Shown piece by piece: positions 1-7,125 of a DNA stretch of 42,922 nucleotides. The notes beneath the pieces were generated by a model. That model saw only the letters and a list, made by a program, of their open reading frames with translations, was not told where the DNA came from and did no database searches. The DNA comes from a virus (taxonomy: Duplodnaviria > Caudoviricetes), in the IMG/VR virus record IMGVR_UViG_3300031910_000018, positions 1 to 42,922 of that record; one strand, given 5' to 3'. The number at the start of each line of letters is the position of its first letter. Within the stretch, counting starts at the first letter, position 1. The translations under genes and the position numbers were made by a program.

Positions 1-2139
1 GTCGAGTTCGAAGCTTGTCGAATGTACCTCGAACGCGAGGCTCGCGCTTGTAACCCTCGATGGGTACTACTACTTGGTAACGCTGCCCTACAAGCTGTGG
101 CTCGAAAGTCTGGGATTACGAAGCAGAGAGGTGTTCGTCTCAAGGTCAAGGATCCTGTGTGGGCTAATCGTCAGGTCATGGCGACGTTTCACCCGGCGTA
201 TATCCTCCGCAATCCGGGGCAGCACTCAACGCTAGCGGAGGATGTCAAGCGATTTGCGAGGATGATGCGTGGTGAGTTCCAAGTCGTCCCTGTCAAGAGT
301 AAGTACGTCGGCAATGCCGCCACCGTTCGATGGCTCAGACGTCAACTCGAGCAACTTCCCCCGGGTACAGTTGTGTCATACGACGTGGAGAATCGAGGTC
401 GACCGTGGGAAGGAGAATGGGATGTGGTCTGCCTCGGTATCAGTTGGGATGGAGAGACCACGTATGTCGTCCCACTCTCGCACCCCCAGAGTCCTTTTCG
501 AAGTAAATGGCAGAATGTCCTCAGATATCTCGGACCTGCACTGCGACGAGCTGACCTCAAACTTGTTGCTCAAAATGGCAAGCATGATAACCAGCAACTG
601 GCAGGAGCTCGGGTTTTCCTTGAGCACCGATTCGACATAATGCTGGCTGCGCACCTGCTAGATGAAAACCGCCCGAAGAACCTCGGCTTCCTGTCTCAGT
701 CAGTACTCGGGGCTGACGTGTATAAGGGGATGGTCGAACTCAAACCTGAGAAGATAATGAAGGAACCCCTCAGGCGCATCGCGAGCTACAACGGTAACGA
801 TGTAGGCTACACGCACCAGATCTACCCTCGGCTGCGTGAGGAACTGATCGCGCAACCACGGCTGACGCGACTGTTCGCCAAGCTGATGATGCCGGCCTCG
901 CATGTGGTGCAGCAGGTCGAAGCAGCTGGCATGTACGTCGACCGCAAGAGACTGTTCCACAGGATGGAGGTCTTGCGGGGTGAGATCGACGACCGCAAGG
1001 AGGTGTTGCGTGAGCATCTTCCACACCGTTGGCAAGAGGACTTCAACTTCAATTCCACCCAGCAACTTGGGCGTTGGCTTTTCTCTAAGAGAGGGCTTGG
1101 GCTTTCCCCGCTTGAGACGACAGCTTCGGGGCGTCCCTCCACACGAGAGGCAGTCCTACTTCACTATCACGATCACCCCGCTGTCCAAGCGCTTCTCGAG
1201 TACAGAACGCTACAACTGAAGTGGATGAACACGTACCTTTTGCCCTGGTCCACCAGGTTAGATTCACGAAGCCGCCTCCACACGACGTACAAGTTGTATG
1301 GTACAGTGACTGGGCGTTTGTCTGGGGACCTGCAACAGGTACCGAGGGATTCCTTCATACGTGGTGTGATTGGTGCGCCTCCGGGGTGGCTCTTCGTACA
1401 AGCGGACTACAGCCAGATCGAGTTACGCATCGCTGCCCACATCGCCAAAGAGAGGAGAATGCGAAGATCGTTCCTGACTGGGCAGGATTTGCACCTCGTG
1501 ACCGCGTGCTCGCTTACTGGGAAGTCACCGTTGGACGTGACGAAGGAGGAGCGTAAGCGCGCGAAGGCTGTCAACTTCGGGTTCCTGTACGGTATGTATC
1601 CGAAGAAGTTCCAAGCCTACGCCTTCGAGAACTACGGCGTCGAGGTCACGATCAGCGAGGCTGAGCTTGCACGCAAGCAGTACTTCACAATGTTCCACGA
1701 CCTGGAGGCGTGGCATGACCGTCAGAGACGTGTTGCCCACAATTACCACCGCGTCGTATCCCCCCTCGGGCGAATACGTCACCTTCCGGACATCTTATCC
1801 TCGGATAACGGTGTGCGTATGGAGGCCGAACGTCAGGCCATCAATTCCCCGGTACAAGCAACTGCGTCAGATCTCATGCTGTTCTCCATGGTTCAGCTGC
1901 AGCCTCGTCTTGACCCCCGTAGCGCGTTCATTGTCGGCACGCTTCACGACGCGATCTTCCTCCAGGTCCGCGAGGATAGAGTGGCAGAGATCGCGCCGAT
2001 CATCAAGGAGGTGATGGAGAACTTGCCGTTGAAGAAGACGTTCGGTGTAGAGATCGACATCCCCATCATTGTGGACGTAGAGTGGGCGCAGCACTGGACG
2101 GGCACGCCCGATGCGTCGGGGCTAGGAATCGAGGCATAA
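1..2139 (+). CDS. polA: Family A DNA polymerase with N-terminal uracil-DNA-glycosylase-like (family 4/SPO1-type) domain and 3'-5' exonuclease; 5'-truncated by the window
   Basis: Frame is open from base 1 (VEFEACRMYLERE). UDG4-like 'VLLLGNAA' and 'TFHPAYILRNP'. Exo motifs 'YDVE', 'NGKHD', 'YNGND'. PolA motifs A 'ADYSQIELR', B 'RAKAVNFGFLYG', C 'LHDAI'. Confidence 0.95.
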   Translation, partial: VEFEACRMYLEREARACNPRWVLLLGNAALQAVARKSGITKQRGVRLKVKDPVWANRQVMATFHPAYILRNPGQHSTLAEDVKRFARMMRGEFQVVPVKSKYVGNAATVRWLRRQLEQLPPGTVVSYDVENRGRPWEGEWDVVCLGISWDGETTYVVPLSHPQSPFRSKWQNVLRYLGPALRRADLKLVAQNGKHDNQQLAGARVFLEHRFDIMLAAHLLDENRPKNLGFLSQSVLGADVYKGMVELKPEKIMKEPLRRIASYNGNDVGYTHQIYPRLREELIAQPRLTRLFAKLMMPASHVVQQVEAAGMYVDRKRLFHRMEVLRGEIDDRKEVLREHLPHRWQEDFNFNSTQQLGRWLFSKRGLGLSPLETTASGRPSTREAVLLHYHDHPAVQALLEYRTLQLKWMNTYLLPWSTRLDSRSRLHTTYKLYGTVTGRLSGDLQQVPRDSFIRGVIGAPPGWLFVQADYSQIELRIAAHIAKERRMRRSFLTGQDLHLVTACSLTGKSPLDVTKEERKRAKAVNFGFLYGMYPKKFQAYAFENYGVEVTISEAELARKQYFTMFHDLEAWHDRQRRVAHNYHRVVSPLGRIRHLPDILSSDNGVRMEAERQAINSPVQATASDLMLFSMVQLQPRLDPRSAFIVGTLHDAIFLQVREDRVAEIAPIIKEVMENLPLKKTFGVEIDIPIIVDVEWAQHWTGTPDASGLGIEA

Positions 2140-3215
2140 TGCCAGGGATGAATCAATCGAGGATCAAACAGTTCCGTCGGTGTCAGAAGCAATATTCATT
2201 CCGCTATGACTATGGTGGTGAGGGTGTGGAGCTCGTACCGAAGCGACACAAGGTACAGCTACACCGAGGGACATGGCTTCACGAACTACAAGCAGCTCAC
2301 AACCGTCAGTGGGCACGCGAGTCTGGCTTCAGGATCAAGTACGAACCGTGGCAGGACGTGCATGCTCGCTTCGTCGAGGAGTACGAGGGCATGTTCGACG
2401 AGGAGAAGGAGGAGTACGGTGACCTACCCACAGAATGCTACCGGCTGTTCAGGTCTTACCTGCGATTCTGGCGTGACGAGGCAGATCAATACAGAGTTGC
2501 AGCACTGCATAGCGGTAAGCCTGCCATCGAGTTTGTCATCGAGTACCCGCTACCGAAGGTTGGTCGAGGATTCCCGTTCAAGGGTCGCATCGACCTCATG
2601 GTCCAGGACGAGGAGTACGGCGGTCTTTGGATCCGTGATGCCAAATGGGTAAGAACCATCCCCGATGACGACGACCGCATGATGAGCCCACAGAATGCCA
2701 TGTACGTGTGGGCGGCTAGGAAGCGTCGGTACGATGTGCGCGGGTTCATCTACGACTACGGTCGAACGAAAGCTCCTGCACTCCCGCAAGTTCTCAAGAG
2801 GGGTACCCTCTCGACGCGCAAGCGTATGGACACTGACTACTACACCTACCTGTGGGCGATCAAGGAACTGCACGGTGACATGTGGAAGGACTACGCCAAG
2901 GCAGTGTACCGCGAGAAGTTGCGCGAGCTGAAGGGTCGGGAGGTGTTGTGGTTCAGACGTGAGCGCATACCGGTCGAGGATCACAAGATCAAGCAAACAC
3001 TGCTCGAGTTCGTGGTCTCTGTCAGGGACATCCAGCGCCGAAGCCGCTTCGCCCCACGCAGTTACACCTATAATTGTAGGTGGGGATGCGAATACCACAG
3101 CCTATGCGTCGCGGAGTATGCGGGGCTAGATATCGACGGGCTGATCAAGCAGGACTACACAACGGAGGATGAACGGTATGCCGAGACGGAGACGCCCGAC
3201 CTCCTCAAGGACTGA
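2139..3215 (+). CDS. Cas4-like/RecB-family PD-(D/E)XK exonuclease
   Basis: 'KGRIDL...IRDAKW' nuclease motif, N-terminal Cys (RCQKQY) and C-terminal CxxxCxxxxxC (Fe-S-like). Start taken at the TAATG overlap with polA. Confidence 0.85.
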   Translation: MPGMNQSRIKQFRRCQKQYSFRYDYGGEGVELVPKRHKVQLHRGTWLHELQAAHNRQWARESGFRIKYEPWQDVHARFVEEYEGMFDEEKEEYGDLPTECYRLFRSYLRFWRDEADQYRVAALHSGKPAIEFVIEYPLPKVGRGFPFKGRIDLMVQDEEYGGLWIRDAKWVRTIPDDDDRMMSPQNAMYVWAARKRRYDVRGFIYDYGRTKAPALPQVLKRGTLSTRKRMDTDYYTYLWAIKELHGDMWKDYAKAVYREKLRELKGREVLWFRRERIPVEDHKIKQTLLEFVVSVRDIQRRSRFAPRSYTYNCRWGCEYHSLCVAEYAGLDIDGLIKQDYTTEDERYAETETPDLLKD

Positions 3216-3984
3216 CGTTAGTGCTCGCGTTCGCGCGAAGATCCACCCAGCGAGCGAACTCCCGCACAATCAGAACTTCCTCGTCTACGGGGACAGCGGT
3301 GCTGGCAAGACACGGTTCGCTGCGACTGCACCGAAGGTGCTGGTGATGGACGTGAACGACAAGGGGCACGACTCCGTCCGCCGCGACATCAACCCGGACT
3401 TCATTCAGATCGAGTACTGGCGTGAGGTCATCGACATCTACTGGTTCCTGCAGGAGGGAGACCATCCGTATGAATCCTTCGCTGTGGACACGGTCAGTAA
3501 CCTCCAGAATATCTGCATGGACTTTGTACTGGGGGACGAGGCTGCTCGTGACGCTAGTCGTGACCCCGATATGCCGAGCCGGCAAGCGTGGGGCAAGGTC
3601 GGAAAGCTCATGCGAACCCAGATTACTAACTTCCGCAACCTACCACTCAACGTCATCTTCGTCGCTCAGCTACGGGCGAAGCAAACAGGTGATGACGAGG
3701 ACGAAGACAGCGAGATACTTTACGGACCCGAAGTATCGCCAAGTATTGAGAAGACGCTCAAGGCTGCTGTCGGAACTATTGGCTATCTCACGAAGAGGGA
3801 GGTGGTAATCCGCAATAAGAAGACGAAGACCGCGCGCAAAGAGATCAGGCGCCGGCTACTGCTCGGCGACTCGGAGCACTACATCTCGAAGGATCGCAAC
3901 GGTGTGTTCCCCGAGTACGTAGATGCGCCAGATCTCGCGGACATGCTAGAGCAGATCTATGAAGGAGGAAGTAACAGTGGGTAA
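3178..3984 (+). CDS. Sak4-like AAA/RecA-fold single-strand annealing ATPase
   Basis: Walker A 'YGDSGAGKT', Walker B 'FAVDTVS', C-terminal 'SKDR'. GGAGG precedes ATG 3178. Sits between the exonuclease and the SSB. Confidence 0.85.
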   Translation: MPRRRRPTSSRTDVSARVRAKIHPASELPHNQNFLVYGDSGAGKTRFAATAPKVLVMDVNDKGHDSVRRDINPDFIQIEYWREVIDIYWFLQEGDHPYESFAVDTVSNLQNICMDFVLGDEAARDASRDPDMPSRQAWGKVGKLMRTQITNFRNLPLNVIFVAQLRAKQTGDDEDEDSEILYGPEVSPSIEKTLKAAVGTIGYLTKREVVIRNKKTKTARKEIRRRLLLGDSEHYISKDRNGVFPEYVDAPDLADMLEQIYEGGSNSG

Positions 3985-4522
3985 GAAGATCCGGATCGAC
4001 TTCAGTGGTGTAGAGAAGGAGATTCGCTCAGGCAGTCGGGCAGCACGTGTACCCGAGGGCGACTATCTCGTCAAGCCGATGAGCGCAGAAGTACGCAAGT
4101 CAGAGAACACGGGAGGCAGGTACTTCAACTGGCGTTTCCAGATCGTGCAGCCCACGAAGTACAAGGGCAAGACGTTGTACGACCGCACGTCCCTGAAGCC
4201 AGGCGCCCTGTGGAATCTGCGCAACCTGATCTTCGCCGCGACAGGCAAGAACATCGCCGGCAAGGTCTTGAACTTCGACCCCGAGCAGGTCTACGGCAAG
4301 GTGCTCATGGTCACCGTCGAGGACGACGAGTACAACAACCAGGTCCGCAGCCAGATCGTGGACTATCAGCAGAAGAAGCACTACACCGCGACCGAAGACT
4401 CAGCTGAGGAGGAGGATGAGGAATCAGAGGAAGAGGAGTATGAGGAAGAAGAGGAAGAGGAAGCTGAGGACGACGACGAAGATGAAGAAGACTTAGAGGA
4501 TGTGGATGTCGAGGAGTTGTGA
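3977..4522 (+). CDS. ssDNA-binding protein (DUF669-like) with very long acidic tail
   Basis: 'VPEGDY...' OB-like core and ~45-aa Glu/Asp tail. GAAGGAGG precedes GTG 3977. Confidence 0.75.
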   Translation: MGKKIRIDFSGVEKEIRSGSRAARVPEGDYLVKPMSAEVRKSENTGGRYFNWRFQIVQPTKYKGKTLYDRTSLKPGALWNLRNLIFAATGKNIAGKVLNFDPEQVYGKVLMVTVEDDEYNNQVRSQIVDYQQKKHYTATEDSAEEEDEESEEEEYEEEEEEEAEDDDEDEEDLEDVDVEEL

Positions 4523-4791
4523 ACGACTGGCACCTCGCCAGATTCCTCAAGAGGGTCGAGGAAGACGATGACAGTTGCTGGGTGTGGACTGGATATATCG
4601 ACGAGAAAGGTCGAGGATCTCTGCACATCGAGGGTAAGTACGTGTACGCACACCGCGCTTCATATGAGCACTATCGCGGACCGATCCCCGACGGACATCA
4701 TATCCACCACATCTGCGGTAACAAGATCTGTGTCAACCCCGACCACCTACGTTCGGTGACTGTCCAAGAGCATAGGATGGCTCACCGATAA
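4519..4791 (+). CDS. HNH endonuclease (homing type)
   Basis: 'CWVWTG...YAHRASY...IHHICGNKICVNPDHL'. Confidence 0.9.
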   Translation: MNDWHLARFLKRVEEDDDSCWVWTGYIDEKGRGSLHIEGKYVYAHRASYEHYRGPIPDGHHIHHICGNKICVNPDHLRSVTVQEHRMAHR

Positions 4792-4807
4792 CCCCGCAGC
4801 GCGCGGA

Positions 4808-4847
4808 GAGGAGGCGTCGTACTTCGCGGGCGGCGCCTCCTCACTTT
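4808..4847 (+). terminator. Intrinsic terminator-like hairpin ending the replication operon
   Basis: GAGGAGGCGTCG ... CGGCGCCTCCTC followed by ACTTT. Confidence 0.7.
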
Positions 4848-4855
4848 GGTATACT
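4847..4855 (+). promoter_or_regulatory. Extended -10 promoter (TGgTATACT), probably leaderless into ATG 4862
   Basis: TGGTATACT ends 6 nt before the ATG; no Shine-Dalgarno. Confidence 0.6.
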
Positions 4856-4861
4856 CTTACC

Positions 4862-5236
4862 ATGACTCGTCAACCAGAAGGGAAGCTTGTGTCGAAAGCA
4901 CGTCAGACAATCGTGCTTCGCGGAGGGCGGCCCTTCAAGATACAGGGAGGTGCAGATTCCTTTCAGGAGATAGGAATACCGGATCTACTATGCTGCTACA
5001 AGGGTAGATTCGTAGGGGCAGAGGCGAAGATGCCAGGCAACCACGCCACGGCTAAGCAAGCAGCCATCCTTGACGAAATCGCTGATGCTGGCGGTTACGC
5101 CATCGTGTTCACAACGGTCAGGGAGGTATCTCGCCTGCTGTCGATCATCGACCAGGAGGTAGAGCATGCCACGTTTGGTAGTACTGACTGGCCTCGTCGC
5201 TACAATGGGACTGAGCCAGTTCGTAGATTCCGCTAG
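4862..5236 (+). CDS. VRR-NUC / Holliday-junction resolvase-like nuclease
   Basis: 'PEGKL...GIPDLLCCYKGRFVGAEAKMPG...Q...I..AGG'. Confidence 0.85.
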   Translation: MTRQPEGKLVSKARQTIVLRGGRPFKIQGGADSFQEIGIPDLLCCYKGRFVGAEAKMPGNHATAKQAAILDEIADAGGYAIVFTTVREVSRLLSIIDQEVEHATFGSTDWPRRYNGTEPVRRFR

Positions 5237-5492
5237 CGCAAGACCGCTGCCTCGTTGGTGGGTTCGTGGCGCTATGTGCGTCCACCACTACGAAGGCAGT
5301 TGGCACGACAAGAGGAACCCGTATTACCGTGGGGGTATGCAGTTCGCATGGTCGACGTGGCGATCCGTCGGCGGGAGGGGTGATCCCGCTAACGCGAGTC
5401 CCCGACGACAACTGGATCTAGCTCACGCACTGTGGCGCATACGGGGCTGGAATCCTTGGCCTAACAGCGCCGCACTTTGCGGGCTTCTGTGA
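5166..5492 (+). CDS. Secreted resuscitation-promoting-factor (Rpf)-like lytic transglycosylase
   Basis: Signal-peptide-like N-terminus (…SASA). 'CVHHYEGSW…YYRGGMQFAWSTWRSVGG…PANASPRRQLDLA…GWNPWPNSAALCGL' matches the Rpf GGLQF/STW/WP.C pattern. AGGAGG upstream. Confidence 0.8.
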   Translation: MPRLVVLTGLVATMGLSQFVDSASARPLPRWWVRGAMCVHHYEGSWHDKRNPYYRGGMQFAWSTWRSVGGRGDPANASPRRQLDLAHALWRIRGWNPWPNSAALCGLL

Positions 5493-5561
5493 CATATCCG
5501 ACGTTTGCGATGACGCGAATGTGTCACTCACACGTTCTTTGATCCGTAGGGATCTGTCAAG

Positions 5562-5590
5562 TTGACTCTGCGTGTTCCGACATGTATGAT
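5562..5590 (+). promoter_or_regulatory. SigA-type promoter, leaderless into ATG 5597
   Basis: TTGACT-17 bp-TATGAT; ATG starts 7 nt after the -10. Confidence 0.75.
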
Positions 5591-5596
5591 CGTCAC

Positions 5597-5950
5597 ATGA
5601 AACGTCGATTGCTAGTCTTCGGAGACCGCGCGTGGGATGACTATGCCGCGGTCAAGCGGGAGATCAAGCGTCGGATGCCTGATGTAGTGATTGAGGGCGA
5701 GGCGGATGGTGCAGATAGCATGGCTCGCCTCGCCGCCGAGGAATTGGGCATTCGTGTGCTGAAGTTTCCCGCGGAATGGAGTAAGTACGGTAGAGCTGCT
5801 GGGCCGATTCGTAACCGTCAGATGCTTGTCGAGGGTCAGCCCACAGAAGCGATCGGCTTCCACCGCAACATCACTAAGTCCAAGGGTAGTAAGAACATGC
5901 TTGGGCAGTGCGAGAAACGTGGAGTGCCGACAATTATCTATCGGGGGTGA
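5597..5950 (+). CDS. YspA/DUF2493-like SLOG-family protein
   Basis: 'LLVFGDR.W…IEGEADGADSMA…FPAEWSKYGRAAGPIRNRQML…SKGSKNM'. Confidence 0.85.
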   Translation: MKRRLLVFGDRAWDDYAAVKREIKRRMPDVVIEGEADGADSMARLAAEELGIRVLKFPAEWSKYGRAAGPIRNRQMLVEGQPTEAIGFHRNITKSKGSKNMLGQCEKRGVPTIIYRG

Positions 5951-5977
5951 GGGCCTGCGAAGGTAACCCTCACCCCC
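5943..5977. terminator. Hairpin at the convergence of the + and - operons
   Basis: GGGGGTGAGGG … CCCTCACCCCC, 11-bp stem. Confidence 0.6.
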
Positions 5978-6039
5978 TACGCACCCGAGCCTTGATGCCC
6001 CGCTGGGGTAAAGCGGAGGAGAGGGGCTAGGGTACGATC

Positions 6040-7125
6040 TTAGAAAGGCACTCTCTGACCGAACACACCCGGGATACCGAGGTGGTTCGCGTATCCGATC
6101 TCAGCCCACCCAGGCACAGTCGCATTGCCGATGGTCTGACCCTTACCACCTGTGACCGAGATGACTTCACCCTCCTTGAACTTGTCACCCTGCCCCAGCT
6201 GGGAGATCGTGTGCCCGATGTAGACGTTCTGCCCCTTGTATGGACCCGAGGTAAAGTGGACGATCGGGTACGATGGACCGAAGCCGTGAGGGTCAGACTT
6301 GACGGCGATCACGACACCGCTACCCGGGGCGATGATCGGACCACCTGGATTCGTCTGGAAGTCCTGCCCCTGATCGTGCCTGCCTGCGAGGTACATCGCA
6401 CCCTGCGGCAAGAACCCGCCACCGTGACCACTCTTCGCAGCGGTCGGAATATCTGTGCCAACCATGGGCAGACGATTACCCCCCTCGACTTGTGAGGGCT
6501 CGCGTCCCTTCGCCTGCTGGGGTAGATACGACTGCCAGTTAGGACCGGGTATGTTAGGTAGTGTCAAGGTTGATCCGTCTCCTGTCCCAGTCAGACTGAT
6601 CGACTGCTGAGCCTGCGACGCGAGGTTCTCAGCCTTCGCCATCATGGGCGGTAACCCGCCGAGTCGGGAAACCGCAGGGGCAGACATCGCAGGGGCGCTC
6701 AACCCAGGTGCCGAGGCAGTGACGGCCGGAGGAGCAGCCCCCACGCTTGGGGGTATCCCACCATTGAGAATGTCATTGACATAGTGCTGCGCAAACGACG
6801 GCACCCCACCCGCTTGTACCACAGCACCAGGTCCCGCGTTGTATGCTGCGAGCGCCTTAGGCCAACTACCGAACCGGTCGTACTGATCCCGCAGGTACTT
6901 CGCGCCGCCCATGATGTTCTCGACTGGGTTCATCGGGTTACCCACACCCAACCCTCGAGCGGTGCCGGGCATGAGCTGCATCAACCCAAGTGCACCAACA
7001 GGAGATCTCGCACGAGGATCGCCCCCCGACTCCACCATGATCTGCTTCTCAAGGAGACCCTGCGGAATACCGAAGTGCGCAGACGCAGCCCTGATCGTTG
7101 CCAGATATGGTCCGATACCAGCCAC
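6040..7125 (-). CDS. Virion-associated muralytic protein: SLT lytic transglycosylase plus degenerate M23-like domain
   Basis: 'VESGG…SPVGALGLMQLMPGTA…ALAAYNAGPG'. C-terminal 'HDQGQDF…IIAPGSGVV…YIGH…EGEVI' lacks the HxH motif. Confidence 0.85.
   Translation of the reverse strand: MAGIGPYLATIRAASAHFGIPQGLLEKQIMVESGGDPRARSPVGALGLMQLMPGTARGLGVGNPMNPVENIMGGAKYLRDQYDRFGSWPKALAAYNAGPGAVVQAGGVPSFAQHYVNDILNGGIPPSVGAAPPAVTASAPGLSAPAMSAPAVSRLGGLPPMMAKAENLASQAQQSISLTGTGDGSTLTLPNIPGPNWQSYLPQQAKGREPSQVEGGNRLPMVGTDIPTAAKSGHGGGFLPQGAMYLAGRHDQGQDFQTNPGGPIIAPGSGVVIAVKSDPHGFGPSYPIVHFTSGPYKGQNVYIGHTISQLGQGDKFKEGEVISVTGGKGQTIGNATVPGWAEIGYANHLGIPGVFGQRVPF

Noticed and set aside
2139-3215. Cas4-like gene as evidence of a CRISPR-Cas system
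   Set aside because: No cas1/cas2 and no repeat-spacer array were seen. It sits in the standard exonuclease-Sak4-SSB recombination module.
5978-6035. Possible tRNA or ncRNA between the convergent operons
   Set aside because: Only an imperfect hairpin with no cloverleaf or T-loop. It is more simply a terminator for the minus-strand operon.
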